Positions 1 through 13,580 of a stretch of DNA of 36,692 nt are shown here, piece by piece. Position 1 is the stretch's first letter. The number at the start of each line of letters is the position of its first letter. The stretch spans positions 124,001 through 160,692 of the forward strand of contig NOWV01000179.1 in the NCBI GenBank assembly GCA_003344405.1, read 5' to 3'. The notes under the pieces were generated by a model. That model searched no databases. It saw nothing but the letters and a program-made list of their open reading frames with translations, and was not told the DNA's origin. The stretch is from Trichoplax sp. H2 (Eukaryota). Both the position numbers and the translations under genes were made by a program.

Positions 1-246
1 ATCCTAATGCACGTGAACATTTGTAGCATGTGATCTTAATCTAGTACAGTAGATAAGGTTTAGATAAGCCGTAAATAGTACGATATCTAGGATTCCCCAC
101 GTTGTATGGCGCGTGCACTACAAGGTAACAAGCAGTAGTTTACGGGACAGGCGATGACTCTAAAGTTAAAATGCTAATTTTCAATCTAATTTACAAGATA
201 ATATACTAGGTCAACGAGGGGTAATCATAATTTAGCAAGCATTAAT

Positions 247-3200
247 TTAGTGTACAGCCGTATAAGATGAAACTGTGCCAATGACAACAGCTCTCTGTCC
301 TAAGCTGCCTTCAGTGGTTGGCATATCATGGTAAGCGCCATCATCCTTAATATCGCCAACAGTAGTTGAATCAACTTCTTTCTCCCATATTACTACGTCG
401 TCTAACATAGATAAAAAGACACATGCTATTATTATGATTTATACATCAACTATTATTAAGTATTGGTGCTATTGATATCAAGACTATCGCGAATCGATCG
501 TGAAGTAAATGCAGTAGTGTAATGAAAGTTAATTTTTAGAATTCTCCTTCTAATTTTAGTAACTATTGTAAGTTTAAAAGCAACTTAATTTGGTACTACG
601 GTAGATTCTACCTAGTATTTTAGTATATCGTAAACCCCGACCATTTTATTCGGTTTAAGAATTTAATGACATACGATAACTTGATTTTGTTTAAGAGTTG
701 TACAAGGTGAGATTGTAAACTTAGCTACGGTATATATTTAGATAGCACACAGCAATCCTGATTAAAAACTAGCCGGTAATTTTGATTAGAACTTACATTA
801 GAAACGATATTACTTTATGATAAAATACAGTAGAAACCCGAACGTTCTAAATAGGGTTTTAATTTAAGAGTAATGATCTTTTATGATGTTTTATAGTTAC
901 ATTTTGTATACTGCAAAAAATACTTTTTGTACAGTAGTTAAATTACGATTAACTATTATTAATTTAGTCATTTGGGAATCTAAGGTATAATTTGCTTTGT
1001 CATATGTGTTTAATTGCTAGTTTAATTTGAATTACTTTAGAATGGTAAGACAGTAGTCTGATACTACCTACTGCTCTGCGTAGTAAATAAAAGGTGACAT
1101 AGTTCAGTAGTTTAGTAGTTCAAGATAGAGAAGGTGAAGTTAAGGACTTTCTGAATTCGTAAGTAAACCGTAATTTACGCTGGTAGTTTGATTGATGAAG
1201 GCAGTAATTCTGTCCTTTTGTAATTATCAAGTACAGTTTAATATGATTTTTAGACATTTATTATAATAAACTGGTATTTTCCCCAAATTTCGTTGTATTG
1301 GAATTAAAAAGTTGGTAGTTTTACTCTAAATTTTCGTCTACTATTACTGTAGCATGTATGCCTACGGTTCTTTTCCTTATCTATCTACCTACTATTATTT
1401 TTAGATAACGAATACTAGTATTAGATTATTTTGATTAATATCATGTTATTTTTCTATAAATAGGTATAATTAGTAAACAATGGAGCAGTATTTTGTGCTT
1501 CCGTTACCTGAATTATCACTAATATCATTACTGCCATTTGCTAATCAGTTCGGTAGCTGCTAGATATGCACTAACAATAACTTTACCTTATATCGTGCAA
1601 AGTATCAACTACAGTACAGGAATAGATAGTACAAGAATATTTCAGTCTGATATGAAAGTATCAGTATCATTGTCGCTATTATTTAGTACGGTAGTCATTC
1701 AGGAAAGCTGCAATTAGCAAGGCATAGACAATAGAAGAGTAATTATCTGCGATGTCAGTAAAGATATCAAATCGCCGCCTTATTTTTAACAATCAATTAA
1801 TTAGGAAGCTATAATTAGCAAAGAATAGACAGTAAAATAGAATTTATCTAACTTTGATGTCAGTGAAGGTGTTAATATCATAACCATTATATTTAGCAAT
1901 CGGCTAGAAAGTTGTAATTAGCAAAGAATAGATATCACCGATGTCAGTAGAGATATCAGTATCATCATCGCGATCATTAAGTAATCGATTACAAAAGTTA
2001 TAGATGGAGAAGGCTGTTTATGTTTAGCAATGACGAAGGTATCAGCATTACCGTTGTTTTCATTTAGCAGTCAGTTAGAAAGCTATAATTGGCTAGAAAT
2101 ACGATACTAGAAGAGTGCGACGTATTTATCTTAAATGTTAGCGCAAGTGTTAGTACGATCATCGTATCATTTAGATATCAGTAAGAAAGCTGTAATTGTT
2201 GAGGAATAAACAGTAAAAGAGCATTTATCTACCTCCGATGTCAGTGGAAGCATCAGTAATGTATCATTATTGTTATCATATAGCAATCAGTTAGAAAGCT
2301 GCAATTGGCAATAAATAGGCAATAGAGTATTTATGCCTGATATTTACGAAGGTATCAGTATCATTATCGTTCTCATTTGTCAATTCGAAAACCTACTATT
2401 AGCACGTAATACTTCACTAAGTGCGACTTAGAGCTATAAAGTACGTATTAGCTGAGGTAGTAAGATCATCAAATCATTAGTTGCATATCACCATCACTTA
2501 TCATTTTGCTATCAATTCGACTAGCTGCATTGCCAGAAGGTAAAATAGATTATTAAAGAAATAAGTATCAGCGCTTATTATTTTGACTCGTCCAGTCATC
2601 ATCACTACTATTCTACTCATAAGAATACTATGACATAATTTCTAGCATTTATACACTGTATAATAATCCGAATTCAGTCTTTACTCCACGATCCATTCAC
2701 CCTCCCTTCTAATGATCAAGCGACATGTATAGTTTCCCAAGAAACTTCTAAATAGAGTTTCTTATTAACTATACAAAAATCAAAAAATTATAGCATTCTC
2801 TCACCAATTAAAAGATCTACATCCTGACTTGAGCTTAAGTCCGGCGCCTTGCCAATAATTAATGCTGAATTACTGTCAGCAACATTAGTAGTACTGCCAC
2901 AGCTTATAGCAGGAAAAAGGCTTGCAGTACCATCCTTATAGATTTTAAGATCTAATTCAAGAAAAGAATATCAACCGTAAGATTGTTTTAGCAGTAATTC
3001 ATAACAAGTTTTAGGCCAACCAATAAATTAGTAGTGAGTAAGAATAAAGATTCTAACAGACTACTTATAGAGGATTAGTATCTCCTATATCTAAATCATA
3101 ATACTGCAAGCTGTAAAAAATACATATTAGGAATTGCACTTTTCAAAAATTGAAATCTAATCGCTGCTGTCGTTTATCGAACGTTATGTTTACGTACCAT

Positions 3201-6200
3201 TTGTGGCGCTGTAGGTAACAGCAATATGAGTCCAAGAAGTAAATGTACCTAAGACAAAGACTGCACGACAAGAGTCCTTCAATTGGTATATAACCTCTAC
3301 TTTTTGCGAACCTGAGACTGGCTTAACATATTTAATGTCAAAGCCACGATCAGTAGCCGTTGGACTTGCATAAACATGACTGGAGAGTAAATGTTGTGGA
3401 GTGACAGTTGCATCAACTACTTTAAACCAAAATAGTGCTGAAAACCCGTTACTGCATTCGTCCGGATCGACAACACATTTACCAGGGTGTGAACCTAAAA
3501 GAAATTACACTATTATTTTTGTCGTTTTTTTACCCTTCTAGTAAATAGAAATGGAACATAGACCCAAGTTAAGTATCGTGATATCATTTTAAATTAAAAC
3601 CTCTGATTATTTAACCGAAGATTTCAGATCTATTGACGATTGGTCTGATGCATTTCTTTCTAGTCGTCATAAAGTTACCATAGATTAAGTGTACAAACCT
3701 AAGTCAGCATAAGCATAAGTAGTCTGTAATCGGAGTGCATTGAGTGTATTGCCAGCATCTAATCCAAATTTGAAATTGATGTGAGAATTATCAGGGCCTG
3801 TTATTTCTGTAGTTCCTACAATAATTTCATCAACTGCATTAATTTCATCCATGGGCCATGAGTGCGGTGTTTCATCTAAAGATCATTAGAATAATTGATA
3901 TTAATTTTATTTCAATAATGTTCGTATTTTTGTTATTTAAGTTCTAGACAAGTAAGTAGAATACTATCAAAAGATGACGATGAATTCCCGCACCATATAT
4001 TAAATATAGAATGCCATCCGCTAAATATTTATATTAATTTTCTTTTATTAATTTATTATTCTTGTTTTAAGAATTCCAGAAAGGCAAGTAGAAGGATATC
4101 AAAGGTGACAATGAATTGTTATATATAAATTAATGAATGCTTATTTTCTTTATTATATTTTGACATTGACTTTATTTCATTACTATAGTATTCTTGTCGT
4201 ACGAATTTTAAACGGGCAAATGGGTAACTATCAAAAAGTAACAATGAATTACTGTATCGTATATAAAATATTTATTGCTTATATTCTTCTTTTGTAGTAT
4301 CGTTATGATCGCGAAATAACTATTAAGCATTAACTTTAATTCGATTTAATTCGTAAGATATTGTATATCAGCAATATAAAATCTTGTTATGTTAAATTAA
4401 GTGAACTTATTATTAAGTAATCCTACCATATCATCGATAAGAGATGGTTAAAACTTTTGCACTCATTCCATCTGCTATGTATTCATGTTAACAACTACTT
4501 GACTCACCGTAACAGCCATACATCAAATTGATCTGGGTATAATCTAGAAAGCTACCACCAGTACGTTGGCCGAGACTTGCAGTTGAAACATTTGGATTTA
4601 TTACTGTAGACACACCATCGGTGCTATAGTCAATTTTGCCATAGTGCATAACGGATTGATAGTCATATTCAATTCCAAATGGGTCTGCATGTTGATTAGC
4701 ATGTATATCAAAGTGGACTAAATTGGCTAAAGAAGCAATAAATGATCAAAATGGTGAATGAAATTGCATATCATGAGCTAATATTCCTGTGTTAACTGCA
4801 TAAGCTCTATGAAACGCGAACTACTGTTCTAAAATGCATTCCTAATTTTAATTTAGTAAAGTTATGGTATCGTCAAATTCTCTTTCTTTATACTAAAAAA
4901 TATGGTCTATTCGATTAATTGTATCGCATAGAAGACGAAAATTACTATAGTACTATGGGGTCTTTATTTCAGTAACCGTGGATTAAACTTAATTATGATG
5001 CAATCTTTGAGAAATACTTTGCTCCACATTCGCGTTATGTTAGAATAAGCACACTATAACGTAAAATGGAAGTAATTATAATTTCCGTATGATTTATCAT
5101 TAATACGATATTCCAAGATTAAATTTAGTACATACTTTATGATTATTTATATAGTACTAGAAGAAAATCATCTCAGAATATAACATAAATAATCCATATT
5201 TCCATATTCTTTATTGTGCTTAAGATTTCAGGATTTTTTAATAATGCATACTTTATACTGTAGTCACATTATGCTAGACGAAAATCATCTCATAACGTAA
5301 AATGAAAATAATGCCAACTCCCGCACTGTTTATCATACTTGAAGATTCCAAGACTTAATGTATATTTTCCATTTATATTGCACTAGAAAGGACTTGTACG
5401 CAATATAGAATACAAATAATTTTAATTTCTGCACGTTATATTTACAGATCTACTATCAATAGGTATCGTTGCTGATAAATTATCGTTAAAAATAATTTAT
5501 ATGAATTCGGTAACAAGATTGCAAAGTGAGAAAATCACATTACTAATATATTCAACTTACTTGAATCTACTTTGGTAGTATCAACTGATACATAAGAATT
5601 GCGGTCTAATCGAGAATGAGTATGGTGCAATCCCAAAGCGTGGAAGAGCTCGTGAATGATAATTCCTTCGGTGTCAACACAAAAATTATCTAACGACAAC
5701 AGTTGTGCTCCACCATGTTTTCCGATAGATGATGAACATCTAAAAACAGATCAAATTAATTTAAGGAATAAGGAAAGGGAACTAATACAAGAAAGAAAAC
5801 ACCTTTGATTGAATGCTATAGTGGTGAATTTCCTTTTATCACTAGAGAGTTAATTTATTGTAAAAAATTGATAGCGGCACCGATACTAATTCGCACAGTT
5901 ATATAATTTACCCAGTAAGAGATCCGATGGATAAGTAATCGACATCGCTACTTAGTTTAGTTGCAAAAGTCAAGCAAGTTTTTGACTCGATTGTATCCAT
6001 AGCATTTCGGACTTTAGTTTGGCTTGCAGTTGCTATAATCAATCAAATATGCAATGAGAATTCACCAGTAATATATCGAGATATCAATTTATTATTTTAT
6101 ATTATGTGGGTATACACAAGTGTGTCTTGTACTATGAACGCATATAAATTATATGGTAACCAGAACTAAATATATTATAAATCTACTCGTCGTGTACGAT

Positions 6201-7584
6201 ATATTTACTTATATCCTATTCCATTTGTGGTTTATACCGTAACGATTTACAGATCTATACAATATGTTATATAATTTATGAGTCTAGCACCGTGAGGATT
6301 TTGATCGTATGCTACTAAGATATACGATCTTGCGTCATTTACATCAACTTAACGGTTCCGATAACTAATTAAGAATTCAATGTCGGTAACGTTTGAATTA
6401 TCGACCGGAATATTTTTATATCTGCTTATAGGATTAAGATTATTTGATAGCAGAAAAATGTCTTCATTATAAATTCAATTAAAGACAGACAATTTAGTAT
6501 GAAAAAATATCCAAATTCGAGGCTTAATTATGCTAAAAGAAACTGCCATCGTATATATTATCAAAACAAATATCCGATCTAGTAAAGCAGATATACCAGA
6601 TGTTCAATAAATAGATACAAGTATTCGTTGTCAACAGGATTAAATTTGTTGGTTAACAGAGCATAAGATAGTTCGTCATTAAAGGCATTAAAAGAAAATA
6701 TTCTGCTAGATATCAGTAATTCATTGAAATAGAAAGATAATCTATACTTGTACTTTGTAAGTACCTAAATGATTGGCTAAAGTAGAGATAGATTCTAGTT
6801 ATTGCACTTACGGTATCCTGTTACGAACTTATATGGTATTGTTGAGCCCCATAGATTTCCAGCAATTCCAAATGCACCTAAGCTGCGCTTCTTCCTAGTT
6901 CCCATCATTACGGTATCAGGAACCAAGATATCTCCTTCAATAACATTATTTAGCACTTGTCTCTCTATAAAGGGTTAAACATAATAAGCAACAAGTAAAT
7001 TGAGTTGGTCTACTACTGAAAAACAGTTTTTATGCTGATTAGCTAAACATAAATGTAATTAGTCTGCAGTTCCTTCTAGGCGCATCTTATTGTTTAGGTT
7101 AAGAATTGACGATATAGAAAATATTGATTCTCTCAATTACTTCTGCTTATAAGGAAATTGAGTTTCAACAATTATTATAATTATTATACTTTTAAATGTT
7201 ACCTGAATTTCCTTCATATATGTTAGCCATAGCAGGGGCTAGAGGATCTAAGATAGGTGGTTGTGGTTCATCATAAGTAGAATGCACCATGTATCTATAG
7301 GTCGGACTAGTACTGTACATAAAGTGGTTATAGGGTATGAGTTCCCCAGACTGAACTTGCTGAACTATATTAGCTTGCATAACAAGCTCCAAAGCAAATA
7401 AATAATAAACACTCATTTTACTGGATATTCCATGGGCGGACATAATATTTGCCATATTTGATGCGTCAAGGAAAAGAGGTTGAATTACACCTGGATTATT
7501 TTTTTTAAGGCTTTTTTTGGCGTAAGTTAATGCAACAAGGGCCAAAATGCCGATGGTAATCCTCCAATATGATTTTATAGGCAT
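247..7584 (-). CDS. Secreted astacin-family (M12A) zinc metalloprotease with C-terminal pentraxin/laminin-G-like domain; 9 exons, 609 aa
   Basis: Hand-spliced exons, all GT-AG and frame-consistent, 1830 nt: 7584-7203, 6964-6812, 6032-5912, 5739-5561, 4726-4508, 3875-3699, 3494-3198, 2951-2805, 401-247. Signal peptide MPIKSYWRITIGILALVALTYA; prodomain motif IEGDI; furin site RKKR; LWGSTIPY; zinc motif HELFHALGLHHTHSRLDR; Met-turn YDYQSVMHY; GQR...INLMYGC. These are followed by WPMDE...YADLG..KCVVDPDECSNGFSALFWFK...WTHIAVTY...LKIYKDG...LIIGK...IDDVVIWEK (LamG/pentraxin-like). Confidence 0.93.
1600..2410. repeat. Degenerate tandem repeat, about 100-bp unit, about 8 copies, in last intron of the astacin gene
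   Basis: Recurrent GAAAGCT(G/A)(C/T)AATT(A/G)GC...GATGTCAGT..AG.TATCAGTATCAT motifs at about 1702, 1805, 1907, 2078, 2185, 2294 and 2387. Confidence 0.75.
3930..4290. repeat. Degenerate tandem repeat, about 130-bp unit, 3 copies (intronic)
   Basis: Variants of AAGTAGAA..ATATCAAA..TGACAATGAATT recur at about 3950, 4085 and 4215. Confidence 0.6.
5030..5450. repeat. Degenerate tandem repeat, about 110-120-bp unit, 3-4 copies (intronic)
   Basis: Recurrent CTAGA.GAAAATCATCTCA / ATAACGTAAAATG / AGATTCCAAGA motifs. Confidence 0.5.
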
Positions 7585-10500
7585 TATGAAATTGATTTGT
7601 GAAATTATTCTTCGGATCAGAGTAGACTTACTGAGGATTACTTAGTAAACGCAGCAGGTTTCACTTTATAACTAATAATCTTACGAGAACCAGATCGGGG
7701 GAAGCGATATTAGACGGGAGTAATCTTATTGCCAGTCTAAGGTACGTAAGATCATTCGTTTGATTCACTTCCTATTTTATCTCTGATATGACTAACTGAA
7801 AACAATTGAAATATTATATAGTAACTTTGAGCTCCAGTAAAACTTAATTATTTATTTAGCTATAGTATTGGAATGGTTAAATTTCATGAATATATAAGTT
7901 ACAGGAAATTACAGTCACAGCATCCATGAATAATTCTAATTAACTATAGGTATTAAACAGCTCCAGACTTGAGGAAGAAAGAATAGATTCTACGTGAAAA
8001 TAGCTAAAAATATTCGCCAATTACTAATTAAAAATAAATATAGCAGGTGCATCACTTACTCTATTGCTTATACTCTATCATGGTCGTGGCAATAACAGGA
8101 TTTTCACACGTTCATTTATTTGTACTAATGCATTCTAATAGTAGCTGTCATTTGATTACGTATTTTTACGTTTATGCTAGGCCATAAATAACTTTCTATG
8201 ACTTTAAAATATAATTAATGACATAGACACCAAGATTAAATAGATGGACCTTGTTAGAAAATCATTATCGCTAGCATAAGGTTTATTATTTTCGAAATAG
8301 TAATGAAATTCGAATTCATTTTTGAGTATTTTAAATGGTTATATGATAGTTTAGATTAGGCGGCATGCAATAGCGATAGGTAGGTAATTTACGGTATATT
8401 CTACCGCAATATTTTTTGGTAGCTTGATCTCTCAATATATAGAATTAGTAAGACTTGAGCTACATATTTGCTAGGATACATTTTTATAAGTAATGAATAT
8501 TTTATGTCTTTATTGATAAATGTTTCTAAAGATTTTTATCTCGTATTTCAATTTGAGGTTTATTGGTATTATCTAGTCTTAAAATAGCTCTCTCGTTCAA
8601 TATAAGTTTCATCTATGAAAATTCTACATTTCCAAGTTGAATTGTACATATTTTAGTTCATAAATATAAAGCACAGGTTAAAAATAACGATAAATACTGG
8701 AATGAAATCTAACTGCAATAGAGCTTATAGTGAGTACTAATCAAGGATGAATAAATATACGACATCTATTTCCTTAACTAATTTAAAAATGATTTCAGAT
8801 GACTAGCATTCTTTCGTCGGTCATACCATGTATTAATATCAAAACCAAAATCAAATTTTGACGATTAATATGATATACTAAATTGAGTAACTATAAATGG
8901 AATTATACAGCTTATAATAGTCATCTTCATATTGATCGCTATTGGATGCAGATATTGACGTAGTTGGATTATTTATTAACGAAGATATGACGGATTCGAC
9001 GGTAAAGTTTAGTGCACATCCGAAATAGTTAATAAACCGTAACATAATATATATTTTTGTTAATACTACGAAGTGCTTACTATATTGAGGTCTAATATAG
9101 TGTAATTATTGATATTTCATTTTAAGGATCATTTACTTAATTAATAAATACATTTTATTAATATTTGTTCTCGATTTCGGAAAGGTATTTAATTGATTTA
9201 TTAGTATAAATAGGCGGATTTGGTGGTAGCGAGTAAACAAACTCTGATAATCAACAATAATGCATAAACGCATTATTGCCTCAATAATTAACATATCCCA
9301 GAATTGTAATAAGAATTGAGACTTCCGTAAGTGATATTGAGAAAACTAAGGAGGTCATGAATTACGACAATACTTGCTAAATTGGAAGAATTTGCCCTGT
9401 TGTCGATCTTAATAGGCATAGAAAAATCTTTGATTAAAGCTATTGTAAGCATGCATATATTGCACTAGATTTAATTAAATATACGCGTATGACTATATAT
9501 TATGTTGAAAGTCATAGAGAGTCGATCTATACTTTAGACAAAAGTTATGATATCATTTCACGCATGTCTGGGTAATGCATATTAAATCAAACTATCGATT
9601 TCCATTCATTAAAGTCATTTCCTAGATCAACATTGTACTATACGTGATAGAAGGCTAGCAGTTACTTCTATTAGGACATACGAGTACTGTAGATAGATGC
9701 AGTATTTGCGTAATTTAATACCCCTTTAGCAATCCCATAGGAATTAAGAAAAATCGCCAAGAATATCGTGTTTATCACTCTACTAAGCATTAATGGTAAG
9801 ATCTGAGGTGATCCATGGGTATGCCAATAATCTTTAATATCGCTATAGCGAAAACAATGTTATTGGAATTTTTCAATGTATTCGATATTGACATTATCAT
9901 TATATTTAATAATGAGCAATTGGGCTTAATTGCCGTTTAGACAAATGGTGTAAGCGCTTCGGATATTAACTAGTACACGGGTTTAGTTTATTTATAAGAG
10001 AGTATCCCTTTTAATTAAACAATACATGTGGCTCTTACTGTTCTGCATGTTAGTTGCCACTAGAAAATCTTTGATATTTAATGCCGATTCATCGGAATTT
10101 ATGGTCTGGATGATGTACAAATGGTTACATCGACTTACACAGTGGTGTAAGGATATACAAGGTGGGCTCGCAAATGATAACGGAATTGACATAGAGCGTT
10201 GGGCTGAATCATGACGTCTAACATTGCTGTTTTCTCCTTAACATTTGTTAAAGTAGCTATATTTTTTGCCGTTTTAAGTCTTGAAGTGGCTAAAGTTTCA
10301 TAAGAATAAATAATTACTTTAAAATTGACCCAATCATTAATTAAAATTTTATAGTTAGCTGAGTAGCAATGCTGGCGTATTAAATTATCATCTCCAAGTT
10401 TTAGGTATATTAGATTTTGAACTGTGTATAGTGTGTAATTCATAATCAGCGCTACCGCTGATATAGAATAGTTATAGTAACATGATGGCATAATTATTGA

Positions 10501-11184
10501 AACTAATACTTTTAATTATTAATTAGATAAATGTTGAATGCAACCATCTATATTTTAGTGATATTAATACAGTATAGGAAATACACGCTAATTTGTTATC
10601 TTAGATTTATTTGGATTATTAACATCAGATTCTTGGATAACCCTAATTTTTGACCATTATTTTTGATATGAATTATCCGTTATTTCGGTGATTCATTACT
10701 TATAGCAATAACTTAAATATACATAACGATATGTAAATTTCCAAAGGTCGGAATATGTTTTTACAGTGACCATAGGCATTTTTGACTGACAGAAGAGAAG
10801 AATAATAAAGATGCTAGATTACAAGTCGTGTCGATAGAAATCATAATTTCGACACTATAGAAAGATAGTTAATTTAGGTTTTCGCTCTCTTGGTTTTACA
10901 ATAGTCGAAGGCAGATATAATTAAATATGGATAGAGTTTAACTAAAGGATTACTACAGTGTCATCTTGATAGAGTCAGACGGTCAACATCTGTGTAAACT
11001 TGGTATGACTTTCTAATTTGATATATACGAGTAATATCGGACAGTCACTAAAATACGGGTGTGTTCAACTTAGATACTAAACAATAGCCAACAGGAATTC
11101 TTCTCTGCAGCCAAAAAAGTAACGTAATACTTAAATTTTTAACTAAAACGTTAAAAAAATGTCTAATCTTCTAAACATCGTTAG

Positions 11185-13580
11185 TTATTTCTTTCCATGC
11201 GACATTGCTTTTTTGATAAGATTCATTCTCTATGGTGAAAGAAATAATGACAGTAAGCTCAGGCTGCGAAACAAGCGTGATACCGCGATGCTCAGGGACA
11301 TTACCTGTTTATGAGCTTCAGTAGAAATCAATTTCTTATATGGACGTACTTCATCACATCCCATGCCTGGTATCCACATATTCCATTTATGTTCTATAAA
11401 ATGAATGAGATTTATCTTTTGCGGTTCAAGAAAAGCGTTTCATAGGATATGCAGTACTAGATAATATCGGATAAATCCAAACCTAAATGCAGCATGACAT
11501 CTTTAACTTCTAACGTATTGGATTTGCGATGCTTAGCGAGAGAGCAAGATCCGCTAACAACGCTTTCGATGAAATCATCAGCTAATTGCAATAAATGCTA
11601 AAAATATTAAGAATGATATCAATTATTATTTTGTACGTTACGTCGTTTGAGTATGATCAATGCCAAGTATATGTTGTTTAAGTGAGCATTTTCGTGTAAG
11701 ATTTTGCACAAAGGTAAAACTACCTCTTCTACATCTTCATCTAATTGCTGGAGAGGATCAACTTCAAGAACAAGTTCTTGCAATCTAGCTTTGGTTAAGA
11801 CCTAACGAAGGAGAATTGTTATGATAGGATTTGATCTTCGTTAGCACCTTGTTTCTAGATATAATTATTTGATAAAATGTTAGTTACCTCCTTTGCTTGA
11901 GTGTTGATTGGATCTTTTGCTGATATTAAATGTTAAATAAAAAGCAATATCGTTCAATAAATAAAATAGTGTTTATCAAGAGATACGTAGTTTGATTAAA
12001 GGCCATTAGAGTGTCTTAAGTTTTTACTCTTCTAAGTTAGTAGTCAATATCTAGTATGATATAATGTGCATTGCTATAATTTAGCAAAATGATAAATCAA
12101 TCATTACTTGTAGTGCCATTAGTAGCTGAAAGATTAGTATTGGATTGTACGCTTTTTAAATTAGTTGCTGATACTGATTGATTCTTGAGAAATACTGTAG
12201 GACTAGCAGGTACACTACTATCGGAAGGTGATAGTAGGGAGGATGATAGCTTTGTGCTAGCCACCATCGGCTGTTGTGATTGCTTTTTTGATTGTAAATG
12301 TTGCTGAGACTGAAGCATTGGAGATTTCGGCTGTATGGCAGGATTAGTACCAACCATGACCGTGGAAGGGGTGGTCATAGCAGCTGCAATTGTATGTGGC
12401 GAGACCGATGACGGTAATGGAGCGATTGGTTTATGCTATAATAAAATATAAGATTGATAGTTTAATTCTACATCGTCGTTTACCCATTAATAAGTCTTTA
12501 TCATACACTAGCTTGTGTTAACAATCCATATTCTGGGGAACCGACAGTAAACATCTAGTAGATCGGGCATGATACATATTAAGGTTTCATGATTTCGTTG
12601 ATGTTATCAACATGATTAATAGCTATTAGACTAGATAATCTTCATTTGATGGATCATCCATGACAGCACATTAAAGTATAGCCCTACTTTGACTACATTT
12701 GATACGTATTAATACACCTTTTCTATTACTACTTTGGACACGTATTAAGGTTTTCCTGATTTCGTTGACGTTATCAATATGATTTATAGACTAAATTAGG
12801 CAATTTTCATTGTCTGATGAACTTGCTTTGATAATACTGTAGAGTGGCCTATAGCTCTACAATTATTACCGTTAGTTCTGATTTAGTAAAGTTTGTCAAT
12901 ATATTAATATGCATCGATTGGACTAGACAATCTTCATCATTTGGCGGATCTAGTACACTATTATATTGAAGTGTATCTATACTTTTACTGCTATTCGTTC
13001 TATAATCTGATTTTACTGATGCTATCGATATGATTAATCTGTAGATTGGGACTAGGCAGTCGTCACTGTGTGCAGATTTTCTAAGATAATACATTGATTG
13101 CATTCGTTGTGATCCTGTTAAGGTTGCTAATACTATTATTAAAACGCGTAGATTTGACAAGACAATCATTATCAATCTGACGGAATTTCTAAAATAATAA
13201 TACAGTAAATTACAGCTGTGCTTTTACTGCTGTTTGTTGCATAGTCTGATTTCATTGACGTTATTAACATTGACTAGTCGATTGGACTAGACAATTTTTC
13301 ATCGTCTGGTAGATCTTGCACGATGCTCCATTGAACTATACAGTAGGTTTATTTTTACTGCTGTTCGTTTTAGCCTGATTTGGCTGACGTGAATCGGTAT
13401 TATTAATACATTGGACAACAGCTTATTCATCGTCTAATACATCGTTGATGATATTACATTGACTTCTAGTTCCATGTTTACTCCTATTAGTACTATAGTC
13501 CAAAAGGACATCAGTTAATTACTACCGCAATGCATTGGTTGATTCTTCTTCTCCCTTACCTGTGACTGCTTGTTGTCCAT
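11185..13580 (-). CDS. TAF12: Transcription initiation factor TFIID subunit 12 (histone-fold TAF); 7 coding exons, 235 aa
   Basis: Exons 13580-13560, 12435-12108, 11919-11888, 11801-11724, 11597-11483, 11393-11305, 11229-11185 (708 nt, frame-consistent). The C-terminal half [97 protein letters not shown] is the TAF12 histone fold and tail. The N-terminal exons are less certain than the core. Confidence 0.95.
12560..13480. repeat. Degenerate tandem repeat, about 125-bp unit, about 7 copies, in TAF12 intron
   Basis: Variants of GATTTC.TTGA(C/T)GTTAT.AA...ATTGGACTAGACAAT.TTCATC at about 12591, 12758, 12880, 13008, 13130, 13248 and 13377. Confidence 0.7.

Noticed and set aside
9992-10491. Three overlapping short ORFs between the astacin gene and TAF12
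   Set aside because: No recognisable motif and no convincing exon chain; cannot be distinguished from chance ORFs without transcript data.
12849-13175. 108-aa minus-strand ORF
   Set aside because: Lies within the degenerate tandem repeat of a TAF12 intron; no protein signature.
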